A DNA stretch of 64,000 nucleotides from Minisyncoccia bacterium (GTDB lineage: Bacteria > Patescibacteriota > Minisyncoccia > Phycocordibacterales > Phycocordibacteraceae): NCBI GenBank assembly GCA_050011835.1, contig JBEKII010000001.1:172262-236261 (forward strand), in the 5' to 3' direction. How positions within the stretch are numbered: the stretch's first letter is position 1; every line of letters begins with the position of its first letter. The notes under the pieces are model-generated. The model worked only from the letters and a program-made list of their open reading frames with translations, made no database searches and had not been told where the DNA came from. Of this stretch, positions 30,522 through 39,045 are shown piece by piece. Both the position numbers and the translations under genes were made by a program.

Positions 30522-30752
30522 ATGATGAGAACACGGGATTTTGATAAAGAGCGCAGTGAGCAGTCACATTCACTCGCTGACTTTTTGAATGTCTATAACG
30601 AGAACCTTTCTCCCGCCTTTCCTCGGGCGTCAATTGCCTTGCTTAAAGAATTTAAGAACACTCATCAGAATCTCTTTAAGTCGAATGGGGTGTGGTCGTT
30701 GGACCTTCACCGGAAAAAGGTCATGGATTGGCTACATCCTCGCTCAACATAG
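30522..30752 (+). CDS. hypothetical protein (76 aa)
   Basis: ORF only; preferred over overlapping 30589-30936 ORF whose product is low-complexity. Confidence 0.25.
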   Translation: MMRTRDFDKERSEQSHSLADFLNVYNENLSPAFPRASIALLKEFKNTHQNLFKSNGVWSLDLHRKKVMDWLHPRST

Positions 30753-30799
30753 TTCGAACTGTCCCGACCGCGCTAGCGGAGACCAACTTTCTGGTCTGA

Positions 30800-30910
30800 C
30801 CGCCACACTTGAGGAATCCGCCTACCTGGGCCATATTTCCTCAGTGGGCGGTTTTCTCTTTTCATACCGAATAGGTTTGAACATCCTCTATCCAGCGGCA
30901 ACTCTAACGC
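30800..30910 (+). repeat. junction element copy B
   Basis: CCGCCACACTTGAGG...CCTCAGTGGGCGG hairpin + TTTTCTCTTTTC + GGTTTGAACATCCTCTATCCAGCGGCAACTCTAAC; right end overlaps RelE 3' end. Confidence 0.55.
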
Positions 30911-31182
30911 TTCCCCATTTCCTTGTAGACCACTGAACGATGAAGAATGGCGAGTATGAGAACCTTGGTTCCTGCGATACGAAAAACAACGCGATAGTCG
31001 CCAATACGAAGCTTGCGGTATCCTTTTAGGGAGCGCCGCAGGGGTTTGCCATAAAGATCGGGGTAGGAAGAGAGTTTCTCTTCGATAGCGGCTTGTATTT
31101 TAACTCTCCAAGCAGATGTGAGTTGCGGGATGTCTTCCTCGACGACTTTCTGCTGATAGATAACCTCAAAATCTAGCGCCAT
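30904..31182 (-). CDS. type II toxin, RelE/ParE family
   Basis: LRIGDYRVVFRIAGTKVLILAILHR C-terminal signature; 92 aa. Confidence 0.75.
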   Translation of the reverse strand: MALDFEVIYQQKVVEEDIPQLTSAWRVKIQAAIEEKLSSYPDLYGKPLRRSLKGYRKLRIGDYRVVFRIAGTKVLILAILHRSVVYKEMGKR

Positions 31183-31394
31183 GCCAGGGAGTGAGGAAGG
31201 AATGAAGTTTTGCCCACATCACGCTTTCTGGCAATTTCATCAAGAACCTGATCTTCTTCAATCTCAAGAGCTATCCGAAGAAGGTGTTCGGCCTTCGTTG
31301 CCTGAGGAACTTGGTCGCGTTTAGCGAGTTTGCCGAGCAAATCATCTAGATCTTTGGAAACACTAATATTAATGCGTTTTTTGGTGGTGGCCAT
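31173..31394 (-). CDS. antitoxin, ribbon-helix-helix (CopG-like) family
   Basis: MATTKKRINISVSKDLDDLL RHH N-terminus; stop overlaps RelE start by 10 nt; ORF could also open at TTG 31412. Confidence 0.6.
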   Translation of the reverse strand: MATTKKRINISVSKDLDDLLGKLAKRDQVPQATKAEHLLRIALEIEEDQVLDEIARKRDVGKTSFLPHSLAWR

Positions 31395-31878
31395 ATGAAT
31401 AGAGTGTATCAAAAGTGTATCTATGTCGTCAATAGTATTAGGGTGAACAAGTGCACATCGTGAACATTACACAATCATCAAGAATGCTAACTTCCCTACC
31501 CTACATAGGTTCGAGCATCCTCTAGCCAGCGGAACTGACATTTTTATAGTTTGTGATAAAATTAAAGCTAGACAGAACATTCCAAAAAGAAAGGGAGGGG
31601 TCCATTATGAGTCATGAGATCAGGATTGTGTCGGCGTACAATGGACGACTGCACGAATCAACCATTCACAGGGCCGAGGTGCTCATTGGCATCGAGGTAG
31701 ACAGTAAGGTAGTTTTATTTCAACAATGAGGAGGCGAGAAGGCACGGAGTGACCTATGAATATGAAAAAGGTCGAGAGACGATAATTCGGGCGAAGTTCT
31801 AACATTAATTAACTCCTCGAATTCTGTGTCTACGTGGCAGAGATTACTGCGACGAACTCATTAAAGGAGGTGGTCCCT

Positions 31879-32223
31879 GTGGGCAGTGGCAATGTTGTTG
31901 CCAAAAAGTATTCCTCTAACACATTGGTGGTCCATTGGACTCTCGGTTCTTCCCTCCGTTTTGCTTGGGATGAGGGCGAAAACAAGTGGCGCTGTGTTTC
32001 GAGTTATAAGCTTATATCCTGCAACGCAGACCCCGCATTGAAGGTACTTGAATTCACAGCAGCCCCAATTCCTGACCGCTGTTACACTCCTGAGGAAGCT
32101 AAATCTCTAGCCCAAAGGCCGAGCCGATGGAAAAAGAGTATCAACGACCCATCAATTGACATTGATGACCTGGTACTGGAAGTTATGAGGTCACGAGGTG
32201 TCAAAGTAGAATGTCTCTACTGA
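31879..32223 (+). CDS. hypothetical protein (114 aa, GTG start)
   Basis: AAGGAGG RBS 7 nt before GTG 31879; followed by strong terminator. Confidence 0.4.
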   Translation: MGSGNVVAKKYSSNTLVVHWTLGSSLRFAWDEGENKWRCVSSYKLISCNADPALKVLEFTAAPIPDRCYTPEEAKSLAQRPSRWKKSINDPSIDIDDLVLEVMRSRGVKVECLY

Positions 32224-32226
32224 CTA

Positions 32227-32313
32227 CCGCCCACGAAAGCCGGATGGCTCTCGTGGGCGGTTTCTGTTTTTTATACTAAAGTTCAAACATCCTCTATCCA
32301 GCTCAACTGACCC
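32227..32313 (+). repeat. junction element copy C (includes rho-independent terminator 32227-32274)
   Basis: CCGCCCACGA-loop-TCGTGGGCGG + TTTCTGTTTTTTAT, then GTTCAAACATCCTCTATCCAGCTCAACTGACCC. Confidence 0.6.
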
Positions 32314-32578
32314 AATTCCCTCTCAACCTGTGCCCAATTGAGAGTTCTGAACTCATCCAGCCAGCGGAGCTACAACGTCACCGTTGAGGATTATTACTTA
32401 CACCCCACATGTTATAGCTTTTTGACTCGGTATTATTCCGGTCGTCTCATCTATACCAAAAATAAAAGCGGAGTATTCCGGATATAATTTATATAGGATT
32501 AACCCCGCCCTGACTATGAAGAAAAAACACTGGTTCAAGAAAAAATTCCTTGAGAAAAGTTTTAAACGCGGAGCTGAT

Positions 32579-33283
32579 ATGAAATTCGGAGACGTACCGA
32601 ATACGGGAGCTCCTTACACCCGCATTATCTCCGGGATTCGACCCTCGTTCTCGAGGAACAGAGATACCGTTATTGTTACCATCTACAGGGCACTACAGAA
32701 GGATCCAAAACAAGACCTTTACTACGTGATTGCTATCGACCGACGACGGTGCACGTATGTAGAGGAAGTGGAATTCAGTGCAGACCATATACAACGCATG
32801 CATTCTGACGAAATCAGCATGGATTTGGAAAGCGAATATAATGGGTTCTCTCGCCTACTGAGTGATGCGATACCCACCGAATTTTCGAGACCCTCATTTA
32901 CTTTCCATCGCAAAGACGGCAATCGGTTTTTGACCCCGCTCGGAGTACGGCGCGTATCCGGTTTATTTACTAAGGGACTGATAGTCTTGCCTTCAGATTT
33001 TAACGATTCTCACACCAGAGAGGAGATAAATCTTCTCCGGCAAGAGATGGATGCATATCCGAAAGATCCTATTGGCAGTACTCTATTCGCATTAACACTT
33101 GCCTTGGTGGCTGAAGTTGGCCTTACGCGCCAAAAGATTCTTATTCCTGAGAAATCTAAGCCAACACCGACACCAGGAACACATCCTGTCTTGACTGGAG
33201 GAAGGAATTTTGAAGAGAGCCCCGAAGGTCAGGAGATGCGGAAATTATTGGCCCAGTCAATGGCGTATTACAAAAAACATTGA
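32579..33283 (+). CDS. hypothetical protein (about 235 aa)
   Basis: GGAG 5 nt before ATG 32579 (ORF opens at 32516). Confidence 0.35.
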   Translation: MKFGDVPNTGAPYTRIISGIRPSFSRNRDTVIVTIYRALQKDPKQDLYYVIAIDRRRCTYVEEVEFSADHIQRMHSDEISMDLESEYNGFSRLLSDAIPTEFSRPSFTFHRKDGNRFLTPLGVRRVSGLFTKGLIVLPSDFNDSHTREEINLLRQEMDAYPKDPIGSTLFALTLALVAEVGLTRQKILIPEKSKPTPTPGTHPVLTGGRNFEESPEGQEMRKLLAQSMAYYKKH

Positions 33284-33289
33284 TTGGAT

Positions 33290-33544
33290 TTATAATCCCC
33301 CTTGAGGATTAGGTATTGGCAGTAATTCTGGCCAACTTGTTTCAAACACCCCATTAATGTCCATGGATAATGTAATCTTCAACTCGTTCGGCGGTCGCTT
33401 GTACTCGTCAGCGGGGACGCGTTCGACAGGGAAAACGACACTCAAAGACTGACCGCCAACATGAAGAGGAGCAATTTTCTGTTTGACTTGGCATATCTCA
33501 AACCTATCTACGTTTCTTTTCTTTGCGCTACGGTGTTTGCTCAT
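33290..33544 (-). CDS. hypothetical small protein
   Basis: ORF only. Confidence 0.2.
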   Translation of the reverse strand: MSKHRSAKKRNVDRFEICQVKQKIAPLHVGGQSLSVVFPVERVPADEYKRPPNELKITLSMDINGVFETSWPELLPIPNPQGGL

Positions 33545-33616
33545 GCGTCCATAGTACCATCACGAGAAGAGTTGGAAGATCATAAACCACTTTTATAGAG
33601 GGCGGCTTTCTTACCT

Positions 33617-34666
33617 TTACTTCGATGCGCTTGTCGTCGCATATTCTTGCGCGACTGATGCGTAGGCGGTGCGAGAAATATTCGCGATGATGGAACTCGC
33701 GGTCGGTACATCGGAAGAGCTGGTCATGACGCAGAGAAGATAGGGATGCGCCGGATAATAAATGATGCCGCAGTCGGATAATTCGACGCCGGTGGCGACG
33801 CCGTTTTGGGAGAGCACATGCTCGCCATATTTATTGGCGACGACTGTTCCCTTCGGCACTCCTGCGACGAGGCCGTTATCGAAAGTCGTTTGCGAGAGAA
33901 GTTTCAATGCCTGCTCGGAGGACTCGGGTGAAAGATATGTGGCGTTATAGAGAATACGGAAGAAAAGCCCGTACGTGCGCGCCGAGATCTGATAATTCGC
34001 GGAATCGTCTCCCGGATTCTGGATGCCGAGCGCGACATAGACCTCATTGAGAAAATCCGGATTGATGCGATCCAGCAGCGTGAAGGTCGCGCCGTTGTCG
34101 GAATCAATGATCATGCTGTTTATAAGGTCTTGAATGGAATAGTCATGGTTCGCGATGAGCGCCGACGGCGCCAGAAATGGATCATTCGGCATAACGCTCG
34201 GATCATAGGTGATGTCTTGTGAGAGTAGAGATGGATCTTCTTCCGCTTCCTTGTAGTACGCGATCATGGTCGGCACTTTGAGCAGGCTCGCGGGATAGTA
34301 AGTATCGTTCTGATTGATGCCGATCCACAGCCCCGCGTCAAGGTCGCGGAAATAGATCGCCGCGCGCGCCGCATTGCCTCCGCTCACTGCCGAATTAATT
34401 ATTGTTTGCAGAGAGTTCTTAAGGGACGTGTAGTCTCCAAGCGTAGTCGCCTCGGGCGTGCGATATGCGAGCAGGGGGTGCACGAAGGCGTAGGGGGATC
34501 CTTTTTCTTCAATGGGCGCGAACGATTGTTTGATTGAACTCACTATTGCGTTGGATTCCGCCCTGCCAATAAAATATCCCGCGGCGATCCCGACACACAA
34601 CCCGAACACTAAAAGCGTGACGCCCTTCAGGAGTGGGGAATGCTTGCCTTGCGCAAGGAAACTCAT
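33617..34666 (-). CDS. membrane-anchored class A beta-lactamase-like serine hydrolase
   Basis: N-terminal TM; SLLK (SxxK), IIDSDN (SDN), KYGE (KTG-like) boxes in class-A order. Confidence 0.6.
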   Translation of the reverse strand: MSFLAQGKHSPLLKGVTLLVFGLCVGIAAGYFIGRAESNAIVSSIKQSFAPIEEKGSPYAFVHPLLAYRTPEATTLGDYTSLKNSLQTIINSAVSGGNAARAAIYFRDLDAGLWIGINQNDTYYPASLLKVPTMIAYYKEAEEDPSLLSQDITYDPSVMPNDPFLAPSALIANHDYSIQDLINSMIIDSDNGATFTLLDRINPDFLNEVYVALGIQNPGDDSANYQISARTYGLFFRILYNATYLSPESSEQALKLLSQTTFDNGLVAGVPKGTVVANKYGEHVLSQNGVATGVELSDCGIIYYPAHPYLLCVMTSSSDVPTASSIIANISRTAYASVAQEYATTSASK

Positions 34667-34785
34667 GCTATCGAGTATAACACTTGAAACGCAGCGATCG
34701 ACTTAAACAAAATCAGCTATGCTGCGTAGTAAATAGGAGCTGGCCGCATTATACTTACCATACTTATTTTCCTAATTTATCTTGC

Positions 34786-36609
34786 ATGCCTCCCACCAAA
34801 ACTTTAAAGACCACAAACACCGTGTGGCATTCTATTCGAACGTATGCCGCCGCGCATAAAGTAATTGCGACCGTAGTTGTCCTCGCAGTCCTTTACGGTT
34901 GCTACTACACGTATAAGACCGTCACCGCTCCCTCAACCGCGACCCGCTATGTCACCACGACAATCGCAACCGGCACCGTCGTCGCGGCGATGACCGAAAC
35001 CGGACAAGTAAGCGCCTCGCAGCAGATTACGCTTTCGCCAAAGGCCTCCGGCGAAGTGGTCGGCGTATACGTAAAGACCGGCGACCAGGTGCAGGCAGGG
35101 CAAGTCGTCGCCCAACTTGATGCTACCGATGCACAGCAGTCGCTCCAGAACGCGGAACTCGCCCTCCAGAACGCGGAACTCTCCTACGAGCAGACAACGG
35201 CAACATCAACATTGGCGCTCAATCTTATCGTCGCGCAAAATAATGTTACCAATGCCCAAGTTGCACTCAGTAAAGCGCACGACGATACCTACTCCTCACT
35301 TGCAAGTATTTATACCGACTTGTCTACCATTGTAAGCGGCCTGGATGGTGTGCTCTATGATTCAAACGTCGCCGGACGCACCAACCAGCAAAACGTTAAT
35401 GCCTATACTGACCTTGTTTCCTCACAAGACAGTACTATCCCTATTTATGAGAACTCGGCTGAAACGTCGTATACGGCCGCATACACGGCCTACAACAACG
35501 CGCTTGCGTCATATAAAGCGACAAGCTCTTCCATTTCAGACAGCGACCTCGTGGCGTTGGCACAGACAACGTATACGGCGGTTCAGGTGGTTGCCGAAGC
35601 GGTAAAAGATTCGCACGACTTCTTTGACCGCGTGAACACAGACTACTCGCTCTACAATCTTGGGAATTCTTCAACGCTTACCGGTCTCCTCACATCCACA
35701 AACACATATACCTCAACCGTTTCAACCGACCTCGGCAACGCGCTTACCGACCAGACGGATATCGTCTCTGCCGAACAGACGCTCGCGCAGGCGCAAAATA
35801 CGCTCCAGTCGACTGAGGGCGGCTCAAATGCGCTCACCGTTCAATCAGCCGCGCTGTCGCTTCAGCAAGCCAAGGACGCCGTCACGACTGCGCGGGAGAA
35901 TCTCGCCGATTACACGGTCGCCGCCCCGTTTACTGGCACCATCGCCGCCGTCGGCGTGCAGACATACGACCAGGCGGGAAGCGGTACATCGGTCGCGACG
36001 CTCGTCACGAACGAAGAAACGGCCGACATTACCGTGAATGAAGTTGATGCGGCTAAACTTAAAGTCGGACAGAAAGCGACGCTCACTTTTGACGCATTGC
36101 CAAATGTTTCCATCGCGGGCACCGTTTCTTCGATCAACGAAGTCGGCACCGTCTCTTCCGGAGTCGTTTCTTATGCCGCCGTCGTTACCTTTGACACCTC
36201 CAACGCGAACGTGAAGCCCGGCATGAGCGTAACGGCCGATATCATCACCGGCGTCGAAACCGGTCTGGTCCTGCCAAGCAGTGCTATAAAGGCGTCCGGC
36301 ACGCAGAGTTATGTGGAGGTCTTTAATCCACCGCTCGCTGGAAGCGAAACAAGCGCCGGCGCAACTTCGGCCGTCGCGCCGACACGTGTCACGATTACTA
36401 CTGGATTCACTGACAACATAAACACCATTATTGAGAGCGGCCTCACGGCCGGCGCACAGGTAGTAAAGCAAACCATCGCGGGAACGAGCGCGACGACTCC
36501 GACCACGACATCCGCTCCTTCAATTCTGAACGCCGCAGGCGGACGTGGCGGTGGGGGCGCCGTGCGCGCCGGCGGCGGCGCGGCGGTCTTTCGCGCAGTG
36601 GACGGGTAA
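34786..36609 (+). CDS. efflux periplasmic adaptor (HlyD/MacA-like membrane fusion protein), unusually long
   Basis: TM anchor, biotinyl/lipoyl-like hairpin (EVVGVYVKTGDQVQAGQVVAQLD), very long coiled coil, beta-barrel, Gly/Arg tail. Confidence 0.65.
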   Translation: MPPTKTLKTTNTVWHSIRTYAAAHKVIATVVVLAVLYGCYYTYKTVTAPSTATRYVTTTIATGTVVAAMTETGQVSASQQITLSPKASGEVVGVYVKTGDQVQAGQVVAQLDATDAQQSLQNAELALQNAELSYEQTTATSTLALNLIVAQNNVTNAQVALSKAHDDTYSSLASIYTDLSTIVSGLDGVLYDSNVAGRTNQQNVNAYTDLVSSQDSTIPIYENSAETSYTAAYTAYNNALASYKATSSSISDSDLVALAQTTYTAVQVVAEAVKDSHDFFDRVNTDYSLYNLGNSSTLTGLLTSTNTYTSTVSTDLGNALTDQTDIVSAEQTLAQAQNTLQSTEGGSNALTVQSAALSLQQAKDAVTTARENLADYTVAAPFTGTIAAVGVQTYDQAGSGTSVATLVTNEETADITVNEVDAAKLKVGQKATLTFDALPNVSIAGTVSSINEVGTVSSGVVSYAAVVTFDTSNANVKPGMSVTADIITGVETGLVLPSSAIKASGTQSYVEVFNPPLAGSETSAGATSAVAPTRVTITTGFTDNINTIIESGLTAGAQVVKQTIAGTSATTPTTTSAPSILNAAGGRGGGGAVRAGGGAAVFRAVDG

Positions 36610-36615
36610 CGCTTC

Positions 36616-37353
36616 ATGATTGATATTAAAAACATCACGAAGACCTACGGTATAGCGCCCGAGGATTACACGGCACTCAAGGGCATCACCTTTTCAGTGG
36701 ATGAAGGAGAGTTTGTTGCCATCATGGGGCCGTCGGGCTCGGGTAAGTCAACGCTCATGCACATCATCGGGTGTCTTGATACGCCGACCTCGGGCACGTA
36801 TGTGCTTGACGGCAAGGACGTCTCGGAAATGACCGATGACGAACTCGCGGGAATCCGCAAAGATAAAATTGGCTTCGTCTTTCAGTCCTTCAATCTCCTG
36901 CCGCGTACGACTGTTCTTCGAAACGTGGTGCTCCCGCTTATCTACGCCGGCATACCAGGCGAAGAACGCGAGAACCGCGCGGCGACGGCCCTTATGGCTG
37001 CGGGACTGACACGTGAATATTTCACGCACCTTTCAAATCAGCTCTCGGGCGGACAGATCCAACGCGTCGCCATCGCACGCGCGCTCGTGAACGACCCCGC
37101 ACTCGTCCTCGCCGATGAACCGACCGGCAACCTTGATTCAAAGACCAGCCTGATCGTGCTCGGCACGCTCCAGAATCTGAACCGCAAACATGGCCGCACC
37201 ATCGTCCTCATTACGCACGAGCCGGATATCGCCGAACACGCCAACCGCATTATTCGCCTTCGCGACGGTATCATCGTTTCAGATGAAAAAAATACGGTTC
37301 CTCGCGATGCGATGAGAGAGACCGTACTCTACGATGATTTGCAAACGACATGA
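36616..37353 (+). CDS. ABC transporter ATP-binding protein (MacB/LolD type)
   Basis: Walker A GPSGSGKST, signature LSGGQIQR, Walker B LVLADEPT. Confidence 0.85.
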   Translation: MIDIKNITKTYGIAPEDYTALKGITFSVDEGEFVAIMGPSGSGKSTLMHIIGCLDTPTSGTYVLDGKDVSEMTDDELAGIRKDKIGFVFQSFNLLPRTTVLRNVVLPLIYAGIPGEERENRAATALMAAGLTREYFTHLSNQLSGGQIQRVAIARALVNDPALVLADEPTGNLDSKTSLIVLGTLQNLNRKHGRTIVLITHEPDIAEHANRIIRLRDGIIVSDEKNTVPRDAMRETVLYDDLQTT

Positions 37354-38585
37354 TTACGCGCGACCTTTTTGAAGAAACTTACGTGGCACTCTCGAGCAAC
37401 TATGTGCGCTCGGGACTCACGACCCTCGGCATTGTCATCGGCATTGCCTCCGTCATCGCACTCATCGCTATCGGCCAGGGCGCGCAAAATTCCGTTTCAA
37501 ACTCGATTAACTCGCTTGGGTCAAACCTGCTTGAGGTGACACCGGGTGCGGCTCGGACAATCGGCTTCGGCGTTTCCGGCGGCCGCGGCACCGCCAAGTC
37601 CCTCACGCCGGGCGATGAGACAGCGATCATGAGTGTCCAGAATGTCGCGGCGGTCTCCGGCGAATATTCTTCCAGATACCAAGTCACCGTCGCGGGCGCC
37701 AATACGAACACGACGGTTGATGGCGTGGACGCCTCCTATGCGGCCATCCGCAATATTTCAATGGACCAAGGGTCGTTTATCTCCGACAGTCAGTCCCTCT
37801 CGCTATCAAAGGTCGCGGTCATTGGCTCAACGGTCGCTTCAGATCTCTTCGGAGCCGATGCAACCTCGACCAATCTCGTCGGACAAAATATCCGCATCAA
37901 CAGCATGCAGTTCACTATTATTGGACTCATGGCAACAAAGGGTGGTTCCGGTTTCGGAAGCCAAAACAACGAAATATTCATTCCGATTGGCACCGCGCTT
38001 CAGTATTTTGCGGGCAATGGCAACCAATTCCTCTCAACTATTGATATTCAGGCGGCAACGCAAGGATCGATGACTCAAGTACAAAATGACGTGACGACGC
38101 TTCTTCTCTCGCGCCATAACATCTCTGACCCGACGCTGGCAGATTTCAGCATCTTAAATCAGCAAGATCTTGTTTCAGCCGCTTCAAGCGTAACGGGCAC
38201 CTTCACCACATTGCTTGCCGCAGTCGCCGGTATTTCACTCTTGGTCGGCGGTATCGGCATTATGAACATGATGCTCACAAATGTCACCGAGCGCATGCGC
38301 GAGATCGGTCTGCGCAAGGCAATTGGCGCAACGAAAAAAGATATCAATACACAATTTCTCGCCGAGGCAATTGCGCTTACCTTCATCGGGGGCGCGATTG
38401 GCATCGTGCTTGGCTGGACGGCGGCATATATTGTCACCGCCATCGGCCTCGTCGCGGCACAGGTTACTCTCTCGTCTGTCGTGCTCGCGTTCGGCGTGTC
38501 CGCTGTCATCGGCATCGCTTTCGGCTGGTATCCGGCTCGTCGCGCATCAAACTTAAACCCGATTGACGCGCTCCGATATGAATAA
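37350..38585 (+). CDS. ABC transporter permease (MacB-like, FtsX domain)
   Basis: N-TM, large periplasmic domain, C-terminal 3-TM FtsX-like segment; start overlaps ATPase stop. Confidence 0.8.
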   Translation: MITRDLFEETYVALSSNYVRSGLTTLGIVIGIASVIALIAIGQGAQNSVSNSINSLGSNLLEVTPGAARTIGFGVSGGRGTAKSLTPGDETAIMSVQNVAAVSGEYSSRYQVTVAGANTNTTVDGVDASYAAIRNISMDQGSFISDSQSLSLSKVAVIGSTVASDLFGADATSTNLVGQNIRINSMQFTIIGLMATKGGSGFGSQNNEIFIPIGTALQYFAGNGNQFLSTIDIQAATQGSMTQVQNDVTTLLLSRHNISDPTLADFSILNQQDLVSAASSVTGTFTTLLAAVAGISLLVGGIGIMNMMLTNVTERMREIGLRKAIGATKKDINTQFLAEAIALTFIGGAIGIVLGWTAAYIVTAIGLVAAQVTLSSVVLAFGVSAVIGIAFGWYPARRASNLNPIDALRYE

Positions 38586-38628
38586 AAAGAAAGGTGAAAG
38601 CGTACTAATAAAAAACTAATAAAAAAAT

Positions 38629-39045
38629 ATGAACAAAACCATCGTACTCACGGCAGTCATCGCGCTTGTGGTCGGTCTCGGTATTGGTTATGAAGGAGCG
38701 GGTCTTCTTCATCCGGCAACGGCCACACAAACCGCGCGCGGAAACTTTACAGGGACTGGCAACTTTGCGCGCACCGGGGCAGGAGGCACAGCGGGCGCTG
38801 GACTTCTTTCCGGCACCGTCGCCACAAAGGACTCCGGAAGCATTACGTTAGACACGCGAGACGGCAGTTCGCACGTCGTCCTCGTTACGCCGGACACGAC
38901 CATTTCCAAGAGCGTGAGCGGAACGGAGGACGACGTTACGGTCGGCTCAACCGTTATTGTTTCCGGTACGACCAACAGTGACGGTAGTGTTTCGGCTTCT
39001 TCTGTTCAATTGCGGCCTACTGCTCCTCCTGCTACAGTGCAGTAA
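38629..39045 (+). CDS. small secreted beta-rich protein (DUF5666-like)
   Basis: TM/signal, GTVATKDSGSITLDTRDGSSHVVLVTPDTTI..VGSTVIVSGTTNSDGSVSA pattern. Confidence 0.4.
   Translation: MNKTIVLTAVIALVVGLGIGYEGAGLLHPATATQTARGNFTGTGNFARTGAGGTAGAGLLSGTVATKDSGSITLDTRDGSSHVVLVTPDTTISKSVSGTEDDVTVGSTVIVSGTTNSDGSVSASSVQLRPTAPPATVQ

Larger units (their letters stand above)
28161..32376 (+). repeat. array of >=7 copies of a conserved composite intergenic element (hairpin ending GGGCGG + T-run + GTTYRAACATCCTCTATCCAGCGGAGCTGACA)
   Basis: Copies read directly at about 28161-28204, 28736-28804, 29828-29946 (degenerate), 30423-30493, 30800-30910, 31508-31540, 32227-32313, 32342-32376. Confidence 0.6.

Noticed and set aside
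30589-30936. 115-aa + strand ORF spanning junction element B
   Set aside because: Low-complexity R/S/L-rich product; overlaps the conserved repeat element and the RelE 3' end; the alternative 76-aa frame is preferred, and even that is weak.
31607-31729. 40-codon ORF (MSHEIRIVSAYNGRLHESTIHRAEVLIGIEVDSKVVLFQQ) with AAGGGAGGGG RBS inside the array
   Set aside because: Plausible micro-gene, but too short to support without conservation evidence; left out of the feature list.
28161-32376. Canonical integron attC sites
   Set aside because: The elements lack GTTRRRY/RYYYAAC cores at their ends (GTTCAAAC/GTTTGAAC have a pyrimidine at position 4). No intI is present in the window. The cassette-like interpretation is therefore kept as a hypothesis only.
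28161-32376. CRISPR array
   Set aside because: Repeats are 35-110 bp, imperfect, irregularly spaced (0.06-1.6 kb) and separated by protein-coding genes; no cas genes.
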